This document shows positions 17,919-27,052 of a DNA stretch of 64,000 bases, one piece after another. The DNA lies in assembly GCA_029262055.1 (NCBI GenBank), contig JAJDAD010000036.1, positions 26,772 through 90,771 on the forward strand, read 5' to 3'. The translations under genes were made by a program, and so were the position numbers. This stretch comes from Candidatus Zhuqueibacterota bacterium. Lineage in GTDB: Bacteria > Zhuqueibacterota > Zhuqueibacteria > Oceanimicrobiales > Oceanimicrobiaceae. The notes under the pieces were generated by a model. It saw nothing but the letters and a program-made list of their open reading frames with translations, was not told the origin of the DNA and did no database searches. Position 1 is the stretch's first letter, and the number at the start of each line of letters is the position of its first letter.

Positions 17919-19759
17919 CCGGAAAGCACGTACGGCTTGGCGCCCTGGCCCGCCAAATCAAGCGACTCCAGGCCCGGATCGAAAAAGCACAGGCGACCAG
18001 CGCGCGCTTTTCCCGTTTGCGTCTCGGTATCTTTATAGCCGGTATGAGCGTTGGTATCGCGCTCTATTACTTGCTTTCGATTGTTGCCGGCTGGTTGGTA
18101 ATAGGGGCGACCATTGCCATTTTCAATGTTGTCGCCTGGGTCCACCGGCGCATTGATAAAAGTTTGAAGGCATCCCAAATCTGGCACGAACTAAAGATCC
18201 GTCAGCGTGCACGGATGCTGCTTGATTGGGACGACATCCCGGCGGCCCTGGCAAGCGAGACGACAGATGCCCACTCTTTTGGAGCCGACCTCGATATCAC
18301 CGGCGAGCGCTCCCTGCACCGACTCATCGATTCGGCTATTTCGATGGCGGGCAGCACGCTTCTGCGCGACTGGCTGCTTCAGCCTGAACTGGACCTGGAG
18401 GTGATTGCGGCGCGGCAGGAGGTCGTCCGCGAGTTAACCCCGCTGGCCCGTTTCCGGGACAAACTCTACCTGGCGTTTCGCCTGGTTTCGCGCAAGCATC
18501 TCGACAGCCACAGCCTTTTGCACTTTCTGGGGAGCAGGCATTTGCCTGCCGGATTCAACAAAGTGCTGGTGAGTTCACTTGTGCTGGCAGCCGTCAACGT
18601 TTGCCTGCTTGCTCTGCATTGGCTGCATGGACTCCCTGCCTATTGGATGTTCGGCCTGTTGGTGTACGCAATTATTTATCTTTGGAACCAGAAAGCAGTC
18701 GATGCACTGCTGATCGAATCCGTTTTTATCTCCGAGGAATTGCAGAAACTGAAGGCCGTCCTGGGCTATTTGGAATCGTATCGTTATGGTCAGCACCAGC
18801 ATTTACGCGAACTTTGCCGGCCATTCTGGCAACCTTCGGAGCGGCCTTCACGGCAGTTGCGCAACACCGCATTGCTGGGTACCGCGGTCGGATTGCGAAT
18901 GAATCCGGTCTTTCGCCTGGCCCTGAATCTGGCCGTGCCGTGGGACTTCTGTCTGGTGCGACTGATGCACGGATTCAGCAAGCGACTACACCTGCAGTTA
19001 GGTCGGTGGTTTGCCGCCCTGACCGAGCTTGAAGCGTTGAACTCACTGGCAAATTTTGCTTACTTGAATCCCGGCTCGACGTTGCCGGTCATTACCAGCG
19101 CCGATGGGGTCGACGTTGTCTTCCAGGGGGAGGGTTTGGGGCACCCACTGATTGCCAGCGAAATGCGCCGATGCAACGATTTTATTTTTGAGAAACGGGG
19201 AGATGTGGTTGTGATCACCGGCTCGAACATGTCCGGCAAGAGCACATTCCTGAAAACAGTGGGGGTCAACCTGTGCCTTGCCTTTGCCGGCGGCCCGGTG
19301 ATCGCCCAAAGCCTGCACACGTGCCTGCTGCGCCTGTTTACCTGCATCAAGATAAATGATTCCGTCACTGACGGTTTTTCCTTTTTCTACGCGGAGGTCA
19401 AGCGTCTGAAGCAGCTCCTGCAGGAACTGCGTGCCGACTCGGACCTGCCCCTCATCTTCTTAATCGATGAGATATTCAGGGGCACCAATAATCGCGAGCG
19501 TCTGCTTGGCAGTCAGGCTTATGTCAAAGCGCTGGTTGGGCAAAACGGGCTGGGAGCCATTTCGACTCACGATCTTGAACTGACCAATCTGGCAAAGACG
19601 ATCCCACAGGTCAGCAATTTTCATTTTCGCGAAGAAGTGGAGGGCGGTAAAATGGTCTTTGATTACAAGATGCGCCCCGGCCCCTGTCCTTCCACCAATG
19701 CCCTCAAAATTATGCAAATGGAGGGGTTGCCCGTTGAGTTCACGCCGGAAGCTGACTGA
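17915..19759 (+). CDS. MutS-family paralog ATPase with membrane-spanning segments (MutS domain III-like core plus domain V ABC ATPase; no mismatch-binding or Smr domain)
   Basis: 614 aa. Walker A GSNMSGKSTFLK (the MutS signature is GPNMGGKST). MutS core-like SLHRLIDSAISMAGSTLLRDWLLQP. Predicted TM helices near the N-terminus (IFIAGMSVGIALYYLLSIVAGWLVIGATIAIF) and mid-protein (VLVSSLVLAAVNVCLLALHWL...MFGLLVYAIIYLW). Walker B/D-loop LIFLIDEIFRGTN. 4 nt overlap with the upstream peptidase gene. Confidence 0.75.
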   Translation: MTGKHVRLGALARQIKRLQARIEKAQATSARFSRLRLGIFIAGMSVGIALYYLLSIVAGWLVIGATIAIFNVVAWVHRRIDKSLKASQIWHELKIRQRARMLLDWDDIPAALASETTDAHSFGADLDITGERSLHRLIDSAISMAGSTLLRDWLLQPELDLEVIAARQEVVRELTPLARFRDKLYLAFRLVSRKHLDSHSLLHFLGSRHLPAGFNKVLVSSLVLAAVNVCLLALHWLHGLPAYWMFGLLVYAIIYLWNQKAVDALLIESVFISEELQKLKAVLGYLESYRYGQHQHLRELCRPFWQPSERPSRQLRNTALLGTAVGLRMNPVFRLALNLAVPWDFCLVRLMHGFSKRLHLQLGRWFAALTELEALNSLANFAYLNPGSTLPVITSADGVDVVFQGEGLGHPLIASEMRRCNDFIFEKRGDVVVITGSNMSGKSTFLKTVGVNLCLAFAGGPVIAQSLHTCLLRLFTCIKINDSVTDGFSFFYAEVKRLKQLLQELRADSDLPLIFLIDEIFRGTNNRERLLGSQAYVKALVGQNGLGAISTHDLELTNLAKTIPQVSNFHFREEVEGGKMVFDYKMRPGPCPSTNALKIMQMEGLPVEFTPEAD

Positions 19760-20008
19760 CTTCATGCTGCTCCGACCAAGTGCGGACTTGCGAACTGTTT
19801 TTCTCATTTCCTTCCATTTGTCCAAAGTCTTCTTCACGAACTTCTACCTTTCCTTTCTTTAAACATGAGTAAACTGCGTCAAGCGTACACATTTTTGGTA
19901 TTGGAATAAGAGCCATTTTTGTCAATTATGTGATACCACTTTGCGCCGATCCATAGGCCGAAACAACGGGTATCTCCCTCCCGGAAGCCATAAAGTTTGA
20001 GAAACTTC

Positions 20009-20037
20009 TTGACTCTCGCCGGACCTCATTGTAGATT
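20009..20037 (+). promoter_or_regulatory. sigma-70-like -35/-10 pair (TTGACT-N17-TAGATT)
   Basis: TTGACT at 20009-20014, a 17 nt spacer, then TAGATT at 20032-20037. About 185 nt upstream of the 20223 ATG. Only meaningful if the host uses canonical sigma-70 promoters. Confidence 0.2.
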
Positions 20038-20222
20038 GTCCCTGTCCAGGGATCTCTCCCATCGATTGTGCCATCAAACTTCTGAGTTGTTTTCCGTTGC
20101 CGGGCAACGTCTAGTTGCGGTTTCTTCTCTAATCCTTCCTATCTCCGCTGGTCAAATATCGTTGCGGATATTCACCTTAGCGTACCACCAACTAACCCTT
20201 TTATTCACTTGAGAGGTGTAAC

Positions 20223-21020
20223 ATGAAAGGTAAAGTTTTGGTAGTCGTACTCGCGGTTTTGATCGTCCATGTTTTCGCGTGGGCGCTGGCGGCTCAGGAG
20301 GAGGAGGACAAGAGTCCCAACAAGATGTTTATAATTCATGAGGATGTGGTAAAGCCTTCTATGGTTGCCGAATATGAGAAGGCGACCAAAGGTCTCCAGG
20401 AAGCCCTCGGCAAACATGGGATGACTAACCTTAAGAACGTAGTCGTTCAGAATGACGAGATGGTGTATTCCTACGTTTCGGAAGTGCCAAATATGGCCGC
20501 CCTGGATGAACGGCCCTTTGCGGAATTGCGCAAAAAAATGGGGGCGGAAGCATTTGATGCCATGTTTGACGAATATGCGGGCACTTATGTCTCTCATAGA
20601 GATTACATGATGACTCTACGGCCGGGCCTATCCTACACTCCTGAAGGAGCCGCTGATTCCGGTGAGATGAATTTTCGGCATTTTGACATGGCCCATTTCA
20701 ATCCGAGCAAGGATGATGAGGCACGCGAGCTAGCCAAGGAATGGGTGACGCTGTATGAAAACAAAAAGTCACCTATGGGATTCAGAACGTACACTGGTGG
20801 CATTGGAACAAACACGCCCTTCTACATGTGGGTTTCATGGGCCAAAGATGCAGCCGATTTCTATGCGCAGAATGCAAAGAACAGGGAGTTGCTCGGCGAG
20901 GCGGGTGATGATCTGTGGGAGCGCAGTCTGGCGATCACAGATAAATTCGAACACAACAACGGCCGCATTCGTCCGGATCTTTCCTATCTGCCGAAGGAAG
21001 AAGAGATGACGGCTAAGTAA
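20223..21020 (+). CDS. hypothetical secreted protein (two-repeat alpha+beta fold; possibly NIPSNAP/Dabb-like)
   Basis: Signal peptide (VLVVVLAVLIVHVFAWALAAQ). Two related ~110 aa halves (MFIIHEDVVKPSMVAEYEKATK and MNFRHFDMAHFNPSKDDEARELAKEW). Confidence 0.55.
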   Translation: MKGKVLVVVLAVLIVHVFAWALAAQEEEDKSPNKMFIIHEDVVKPSMVAEYEKATKGLQEALGKHGMTNLKNVVVQNDEMVYSYVSEVPNMAALDERPFAELRKKMGAEAFDAMFDEYAGTYVSHRDYMMTLRPGLSYTPEGAADSGEMNFRHFDMAHFNPSKDDEARELAKEWVTLYENKKSPMGFRTYTGGIGTNTPFYMWVSWAKDAADFYAQNAKNRELLGEAGDDLWERSLAITDKFEHNNGRIRPDLSYLPKEEEMTAK

Positions 21021-21037
21021 GGCCCTGCCGAAAACCG

Positions 21038-21077
21038 TAAGGCGGTCTATCTCTTCGGAGGTGGACCGCCTTTTTTG
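21038..21077 (+). terminator. rho-independent terminator
   Basis: aaggcggtc-(16 nt loop containing a ctc-ttcg-gag mini-hairpin)-gaccgcctt followed by TTTTTTG, immediately after the 21020 stop. Confidence 0.55.
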
Positions 21078-21164
21078 TCCCACCCTAATTGTTTTCTGTT
21101 CATCTTTCTGGTTGAAGCGAGTTGCTTTTTCAAGACTCTTTTATATATTCTAATATTCCAAATA

Positions 21165-22295
21165 ATGAGTGAATCGAATATGCCTGAAATGAAGGAGTTG
21201 ACTCCCTCGCAGCGTACCCTGCTGGGCCCCGGTCCCAGCAATGTTCATCCCCGTGTATACCGCGCCCTCTCCACGCCCATAGTAGGACATCTGGACCCGG
21301 AGTTCCTGGTGCTGATGAACGAGATACAGGAACAATTGCGGCAACTCCTGCAAACCAGAAACAAGCTGACCATCGCGATTTCCGGCACCGGCAGCGCCGG
21401 GATGGAGGCTGCGTTGACCAATGTGGTGGAACCTGTTGACAACATTATTGTCGGGGTGAACGGCGTGTTTGGCAATCGTATTTCCGATATCGTTGTCCGC
21501 TGTGGCGCCAATCCGATCCAGATCAAGGAGCAGTGGGGCAAAAGCATCGACCTGCAAAAAATTGAAGACGCCCTCAAACAGGCTGGAAAAGTGAAGGCCG
21601 TCGCGCTGGTGCATGCTGAAACCTCCACCGGCGTTTGGCAGCCACTGGCCGAAGCCGGGGCGCTTTGCGAAAAATATGGCGCGCTGCTGATCGTGGACGC
21701 AGTGACTTCCCTGGGTGGCGTGCCGGTGAAGGTGGACGAGTGGAAAATCGATATCTGCTACAGCGGGACCCAGAAGTGCCTGAGTTGTCCGCCAGGACTG
21801 GCGCCAATCACGTTCAGTGAAAGGGCGTTGGCAGTCGCCCGCGAACGGACGACCAGGATTCGGAGCTGGTACCTCGATCTGACCATGATCGCCGACTACT
21901 GGAGCGACAGCTCGCGGGCATACCATCATACCGCCCCCATCAGTATGAATTACGCCCTGCGCGAAGCTTTGCGCCTGGTGCATGAAGAAGGGCTGGAGGC
22001 GCGCTGGCAACGGCATCGCCGCAACAGCCTGGAACTGCTGCGCGGACTGGCTGCCCTGAACCTGCATCCGTTCGTCGACAAAGAGATTCGTTTGCCGATG
22101 CTGAATGCCATTACCTTGCCGGAAGGTATCGAAGATGCCACTGTGCGCAAAACGCTGCTGACGGAATATGGCATCGAGATCGGCGGCGGACTGGGGGACC
22201 TGGCGGGAAGAATATGGCGCATTGGTCTGATGGGAGAATCGAGCACACGGGCAAACGTAGTGTACTTACTTGCTGCACTAAAAGATATACTGTAA
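21165..22295 (+). CDS. class V aminotransferase (alanine-glyoxylate / serine-pyruvate aminotransferase family)
   Basis: ISGTGSAGMEAALTNVVEP, VHAETSTGV, and the PLP-lysine context YSGTQKCLSCPPGLAPI. The maximal ORF start (TTG 21075) lies inside the upstream terminator, so the ATG at 21165 is used. Confidence 0.85.
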   Translation: MSESNMPEMKELTPSQRTLLGPGPSNVHPRVYRALSTPIVGHLDPEFLVLMNEIQEQLRQLLQTRNKLTIAISGTGSAGMEAALTNVVEPVDNIIVGVNGVFGNRISDIVVRCGANPIQIKEQWGKSIDLQKIEDALKQAGKVKAVALVHAETSTGVWQPLAEAGALCEKYGALLIVDAVTSLGGVPVKVDEWKIDICYSGTQKCLSCPPGLAPITFSERALAVARERTTRIRSWYLDLTMIADYWSDSSRAYHHTAPISMNYALREALRLVHEEGLEARWQRHRRNSLELLRGLAALNLHPFVDKEIRLPMLNAITLPEGIEDATVRKTLLTEYGIEIGGGLGDLAGRIWRIGLMGESSTRANVVYLLAALKDIL

Positions 22296-22316
22296 CGGCC
22301 ACTTTCAACAGGGAGA

Positions 22317-22517
22317 ATGGCTATGGAACACATACACGATACAACGCAGATTACCTGTCCACACTGTGGAGAGCCCAATGAGATTTACATCGATTATTCC
22401 GGAGGCCGGAACCAAATCTATGATGAAGATTGCCAGGTCTGCTGCCGGCCATGGGAGGTGCATGTACAGTTTGTGGACAATGAACCGCAAGTGACCGTCG
22501 TTCGCAACAATGAGTAG
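22317..22517 (+). CDS. CPXCG-motif cysteine-rich small protein (zinc ribbon)
   Basis: 66 aa containing CPHCG ...(x28)... CQVCC, a four-Cys zinc-ribbon arrangement as in the CPXCG family. Confidence 0.6.
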   Translation: MAMEHIHDTTQITCPHCGEPNEIYIDYSGGRNQIYDEDCQVCCRPWEVHVQFVDNEPQVTVVRNNE

Positions 22518-22534
22518 ATGGTGCCCGGGTAGAA

Positions 22535-23260
22535 GTGGCTGATAGAATCTTGCTGCAACAATCTGAACCGACTGTCGCTGCCAATCCGCCACGTCAGCGA
22601 ATCAGCGCGTACGAAGGTCTCTATGTCCTGTTTATGGCAGTGTTCGTGACGTTTGTCCTGCTTACGAACACTGTGGGCGTCAAGTTGTTCGAGGCCTTTG
22701 GCCTGGTGTTGCCGGTCAGCATTATCTGGTTTCCTTTGACTTTTTTGATCACCGATATCGTGTCGGAAATGTACGGCACCCGGCGCGCGCAATTCCTGGT
22801 GCTCACCGGATTCCTGATGAGCTTGCTGCTGCTGGGATTTTCGCTCATCGGAATTCACCTGCCGGTTTCCGGTGTCTATCCCTTGCAGCAAGACTACGAG
22901 CATATTTTTGGGCCGGTCTGGCGCCTTCTTTTTGGCTCTATGGCTGCTTATCTTCTGGCGCAAATGATCGATGTGCGGCTCTTTCATTTCTGGAAGCGCT
23001 TAACCCGGGGGAAACATCTTTGGTTGCGTAACAATGCGTCTACAATGTTCTCACAATTCGTCGATACATTCACGGTCAACACGATTTTTTTGTATAAGAA
23101 CCCTACCGTTTTTACCGGCAGCCCTGGCGACCTGATGCAAATAATCCTGGGCGTCTATTTGCTGAAGGTAGCGATCGCGGCCCTGGATACACCGTTGTGC
23201 TATCTCGGCGTCTGGCTGGTTGAACGGATGACCGGCGTACGCGGGCGCGACATCTCCTGA
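22535..23260 (+). CDS. yhhQ: queuosine precursor transporter (YhhQ / VUT family)
   Basis: Multi-TM protein. MIDVRLFHFWKRLTRGKHLWLRNNASTMFSQFVDTFTVNTIFL aligns with E. coli YhhQ ILDVHVFNRLRQ..WWLAPTASTLFGNVSDTLAFF. Confidence 0.75.
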   Translation: MADRILLQQSEPTVAANPPRQRISAYEGLYVLFMAVFVTFVLLTNTVGVKLFEAFGLVLPVSIIWFPLTFLITDIVSEMYGTRRAQFLVLTGFLMSLLLLGFSLIGIHLPVSGVYPLQQDYEHIFGPVWRLLFGSMAAYLLAQMIDVRLFHFWKRLTRGKHLWLRNNASTMFSQFVDTFTVNTIFLYKNPTVFTGSPGDLMQIILGVYLLKVAIAALDTPLCYLGVWLVERMTGVRGRDIS

Positions 23261-23303
23261 AAAACGGTCTACTCTATTTTATTTAACCCAAATTGACATA
23301 CCC

Positions 23304-25754
23304 ATGCGCATTTTGAAATTTGGCGGTTCATCCATCGCCACTCCTGAGCGAATACAATCCGTCGCAGCGATCATCGCGGCCACGTACAAGACTGAAAAAG
23401 TGGCGGTTGTCGTATCCGCATTCGGGGGTGTGACTGACAAGTTGATCATGCTTGGCAATATGGCGGCATCCGGCCAATCGGGTTACGCGACGATTCTCAC
23501 CGACCTGAAGTCACAGCATCTGCGGACCATTGAGGAACTCATTCAGGACAACCGGCGCGAACGGGTGCTTTTGGTTTTTGAGTCAAAGTTTGCTGCGTTG
23601 CAGGAGTTTATCAAGGGCGTTTTTCTGCTACGCGAACTGTCACCACGCATTTATGATTCGGTTGTCAGCTACGGCGAACGTTTGTCCGCCTTTATCGTGA
23701 GCGAGTGCCTGCAGTCGAGAGCCATTGAGTCGGAATATCTGCGCGCCAGCGACCTGCTGAGAACCGACGATCACTTTGGCGACGCAAACGTCGACTTTCA
23801 AGCGACAAACAGAAACATCCGGCGCTACTTTTCCAAGCACCCGGCGCTGCAGGTCATCACCGGATTTATTGCGGCAACCGGCGACGGCGAGACCACGACG
23901 CTCGGCCGCAGTGGTTCCGATTACACCGCAGCCATTTTCGCGGCAGCGCTTGCGGCCTCCGTGATCGAAATCTGGACTGATGTCAACGGCGTGATGACTT
24001 CCGACCCGAGGGTTGTGCCCGCAGCTTTTTCGATCGACACAATGAGTTATGAAGAGGCGATGGAGATGTCACATTTCGGCTCGAAGGTGATTCATCCAAA
24101 AGCCATGCAGCCCGCTTTGGAGGCGGGCATTCCTCTGCAGATCAAAAATACATTTAAGCCGGGTTTTGCCGGGACGGTCATTTCAACCCGCGCAAGCGAC
24201 AAGACCTTTACCATCACCGGATTGTCGTCGATAGATGAAATCGCTTTGTTACGAGTGCATGGTAGTGGCATGCTCGGCGTGACGGGCATCTCCAGCAGAT
24301 TGTTCCGCTCGTTAGCCCAGGAACAGATCAATGTCGTCCTGATCACCCAGGGATCTTCGGAACACTCCATCTCGTTTGCTGTGCGACCGGAAGTGGCTGC
24401 GCGCGCCCGCAAAGCTATCGAGCTGGAGTTTTCACTGGAGTTGCAGACGCATCAAATCGAACCTGTCGTTGTCGAAAATGACCTGGCGGTGATTGCTGTC
24501 GTTGGCGAGAAGATGCGTGGCATCCCGGGTATTGCCGCTAAAATTTTTGGAGCACTGGCGCAAATCGGGGTTAACGTAGTCGCGATCGCGCAAGGTTCAT
24601 CCGAATTGAATATCTCGACTGTGGTCGCCAGGGAGGATCGTGCGGCCGCCTTGCAGGGGATTCATTCGGCTTTTTTCGGCCTGGAACAGAAGACGCTCCA
24701 CCTTTTTATGGTGGGCCCCGGACTGGTAGGCTCAAAGCTGATCGAGCAGATAGACAGCCACCAAAAGGATCTTTCCGGGCAACTCGGTGTCAGTGTGCGG
24801 TTGAGCGGTTTAGCGAATAGCAAAAAAATGTATTTCGACGAGCAGGGGATCGAATTATCGAAATGGCGGGAAACGCTAGATGGTTCGCAGGCAACAAATG
24901 AGCTGGGGGAATTTGTAACTGGCATGAAAGGCGGGCGCAAGGCCAATCGTATTTTCGTAGATTGCACCGCGAGCGATGAGACCAGCGCATTGTATCCGGA
25001 AATTTTGGCCTCTGGCATCTCTGTCGTCACACCTAACAAACGGGCCAACTCCGGTAGCTATGGAATGTATCGTGAGTTGCAGAGCTGCGCCGCCAGAGGA
25101 CGTTCCAGCTACCTGTACGAGACAACGGTCGGTGCCGGCCTGCCTGTGCTCAGCACCATACGCGACCTGATTCGTTCCGGCGACAAGATCCGGAGAATCG
25201 AGGCGATGGTATCGGGGACGCTTAGTTACATTTTCAACTCGCTTGACGGCTCGACGACCTTCAGCGAGATCGTCCGGACAGCGCAGGCCAGGGGCTACAC
25301 GGAGCCCGATCCGCGCGAGGACCTTGGCGGCATGGATTTTTTGCGAAAGATGGTGATCATGGCGCGCGAAATCGGGCTACCGATGGAGTGCAATGATGTA
25401 GCGCTGCAACAAATCCTTCCCGAGGCATGCCACAAAACGCCGTCGGTGGCAGCCTTTTTCCTTGAGTTAGAGAAATCAGATAAGCATTTTGAGGAACTGC
25501 GTGCTGCAGCCGCAGCTCAAGATAAGAAGCTGCGCTACCTGGGCACGCTGGCAGATTGCAAGGCGACCGTTGCATTGCAGGCAGTCGATTCCGGGCATCC
25601 ATTCTATGCGATGACCGGGATGGAGAGCATTGTTGCCATCACATCCGATCGCTACCGGCAGAGTCCACTGGTCGTACGCGGCCCTGGCGCCGGGGCCGAG
25701 GTGACGGCAGCGGGCGTTTTTGCAGATATTGTGCGGATCGCAACCTATGCCTGA
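23304..25754 (+). CDS. thrA: bifunctional aspartokinase / homoserine dehydrogenase
   Basis: 816 aa. N-terminus MRILKFGGSSIATPERI (amino acid kinase family). Two ACT regions. C-terminal NAD-binding FMVGPGLVGSKLIEQI and homoserine dehydrogenase catalytic region (TTVGAGLPVLSTIRDL). Confidence 0.9.
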   Translation: MRILKFGGSSIATPERIQSVAAIIAATYKTEKVAVVVSAFGGVTDKLIMLGNMAASGQSGYATILTDLKSQHLRTIEELIQDNRRERVLLVFESKFAALQEFIKGVFLLRELSPRIYDSVVSYGERLSAFIVSECLQSRAIESEYLRASDLLRTDDHFGDANVDFQATNRNIRRYFSKHPALQVITGFIAATGDGETTTLGRSGSDYTAAIFAAALAASVIEIWTDVNGVMTSDPRVVPAAFSIDTMSYEEAMEMSHFGSKVIHPKAMQPALEAGIPLQIKNTFKPGFAGTVISTRASDKTFTITGLSSIDEIALLRVHGSGMLGVTGISSRLFRSLAQEQINVVLITQGSSEHSISFAVRPEVAARARKAIELEFSLELQTHQIEPVVVENDLAVIAVVGEKMRGIPGIAAKIFGALAQIGVNVVAIAQGSSELNISTVVAREDRAAALQGIHSAFFGLEQKTLHLFMVGPGLVGSKLIEQIDSHQKDLSGQLGVSVRLSGLANSKKMYFDEQGIELSKWRETLDGSQATNELGEFVTGMKGGRKANRIFVDCTASDETSALYPEILASGISVVTPNKRANSGSYGMYRELQSCAARGRSSYLYETTVGAGLPVLSTIRDLIRSGDKIRRIEAMVSGTLSYIFNSLDGSTTFSEIVRTAQARGYTEPDPREDLGGMDFLRKMVIMAREIGLPMECNDVALQQILPEACHKTPSVAAFFLELEKSDKHFEELRAAAAAQDKKLRYLGTLADCKATVALQAVDSGHPFYAMTGMESIVAITSDRYRQSPLVVRGPGAGAEVTAAGVFADIVRIATYA

Positions 25755-25814
25755 TGGTCGCAACTGAGAAAACAACAAGAAGGATTCATTGTCAACGAAC
25801 CAACCCGGTAACTC

Positions 25815-26864
25815 ATGCAGGTGAATAAAAACAAAATCCCGGTCGGCATTTTGGGTGCCACCGGCAGTGTCGGGCAGAAATTTGTTCAGCTTCTCGCCGA
25901 CCATCCTATATTTGAAGTAGCGGCGGTTGCTGCATCGGAAAGGTCGCAGAACAAACGCTATCACGAAGCCGCAAACTGGTTTATGCCAACTGCCATTCCG
26001 GAGCAGGTTGCAAAGCAGACAGTGCGTGCCTGCGTGCCTGACCTGCCGTGCCGGATTGTGTTTTCGGGGCTGGACGCAAATGTTGCAGGAGAAATAGAGC
26101 AGGCGTTTGCCCGTGCCGGCTACCTGGTGGTCTCCAACGCGCGCAATCACCGCATGCAGGCCGATGTGCCGCTGCTCATTCCGGAGGTAAATGCCGACCA
26201 TCTTGCGCTTCTGCAAATGCAGAACCTTGGGCGCGGTGGCATCGTGACCAATCCAAACTGCTCGACCATCGGTTTGACCATGGCCCTCAAACCGTTGCAT
26301 GACCGGTTTGGGATTGAATCCGTGCATGTCGTCACCATGCAAGCGCTTTCCGGGGCCGGATACCCCGGTGTAGCCAGCCTGGATATCCTCGACAATGTCA
26401 TTCCCTTTATCGGAGGTGAAGAAGAGAAGATGGAAAGTGAGCCGCTCAAACTGCTCGGCACCATGACTGCTGACGGTGTGAAACCTGCCGATTTCGCCAT
26501 CAGTGCACAGTGCAACCGGGTGGGGGTCAGCGACGGGCACCAGGAAAGTGTTTCCGTGAAGTTGTCGGGCGAGCCTTCTGCCGAAGAGGTCATCGCGGCC
26601 TGGCAACAGTTTACTGCCGAACCGCAGACCCTGGCCCTGACCAGCGCCCCAAAACAGCCGGTTCACTATTTCCATGAAGATAACTACCCGCAGCCCAAGC
26701 TACATCGTGAGCTGGAGAATGGCATGGCGGTGAGTGTCGGGCGTTTACGTGCGTGCAAGGTGCTGGATTACAAATTTGAGCTTCTCGTTCACAACACGAT
26801 TCGTGGGGCAGCGGGGTGCGCCATTTTGAATGCGGAGTTGATGGTGGCCAGGCGGCTGGTGTAA
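25815..26864 (+). CDS. asd: aspartate-semialdehyde dehydrogenase
   Basis: IPVGILGATGSVGQKFVQLL NAD(P)-binding motif. Active-site Cys context NPNCSTIGLTMALKPL. 349 aa. Confidence 0.9.
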   Translation: MQVNKNKIPVGILGATGSVGQKFVQLLADHPIFEVAAVAASERSQNKRYHEAANWFMPTAIPEQVAKQTVRACVPDLPCRIVFSGLDANVAGEIEQAFARAGYLVVSNARNHRMQADVPLLIPEVNADHLALLQMQNLGRGGIVTNPNCSTIGLTMALKPLHDRFGIESVHVVTMQALSGAGYPGVASLDILDNVIPFIGGEEEKMESEPLKLLGTMTADGVKPADFAISAQCNRVGVSDGHQESVSVKLSGEPSAEEVIAAWQQFTAEPQTLALTSAPKQPVHYFHEDNYPQPKLHRELENGMAVSVGRLRACKVLDYKFELLVHNTIRGAAGCAILNAELMVARRLV

Positions 26865-27052
26865 AACCGCCTCAGCGAATGCCATTCTTTGAAGTCATGA
26901 CAAAAGCCGCCGGAATCAGAACCACCAGGCGCCAATTGCTCTTTCTTTTCATTTCAAAGTTCCTTGCTTTTTTAGGACAAAATAACTACCGTTGAAGATG
27001 TTTAACGACGTCTTGACATCTTTTCAACACAGGTCGGAGGAGCTTTAGCCGC

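Noticed and set aside
21150-22067. 305 aa minus-strand ORF
   Set aside because: Antisense to the class V aminotransferase gene, which has clear PLP-enzyme motifs. GC-rich antisense frame.
22418-22987. 189 aa minus-strand ORF
   Set aside because: Antisense to the yhhQ transporter gene. Highly charged, low-complexity translation.
25476-26675. 399 aa minus-strand ORF
   Set aside because: Antisense to asd and the 3' end of thrA. No recognisable domains.
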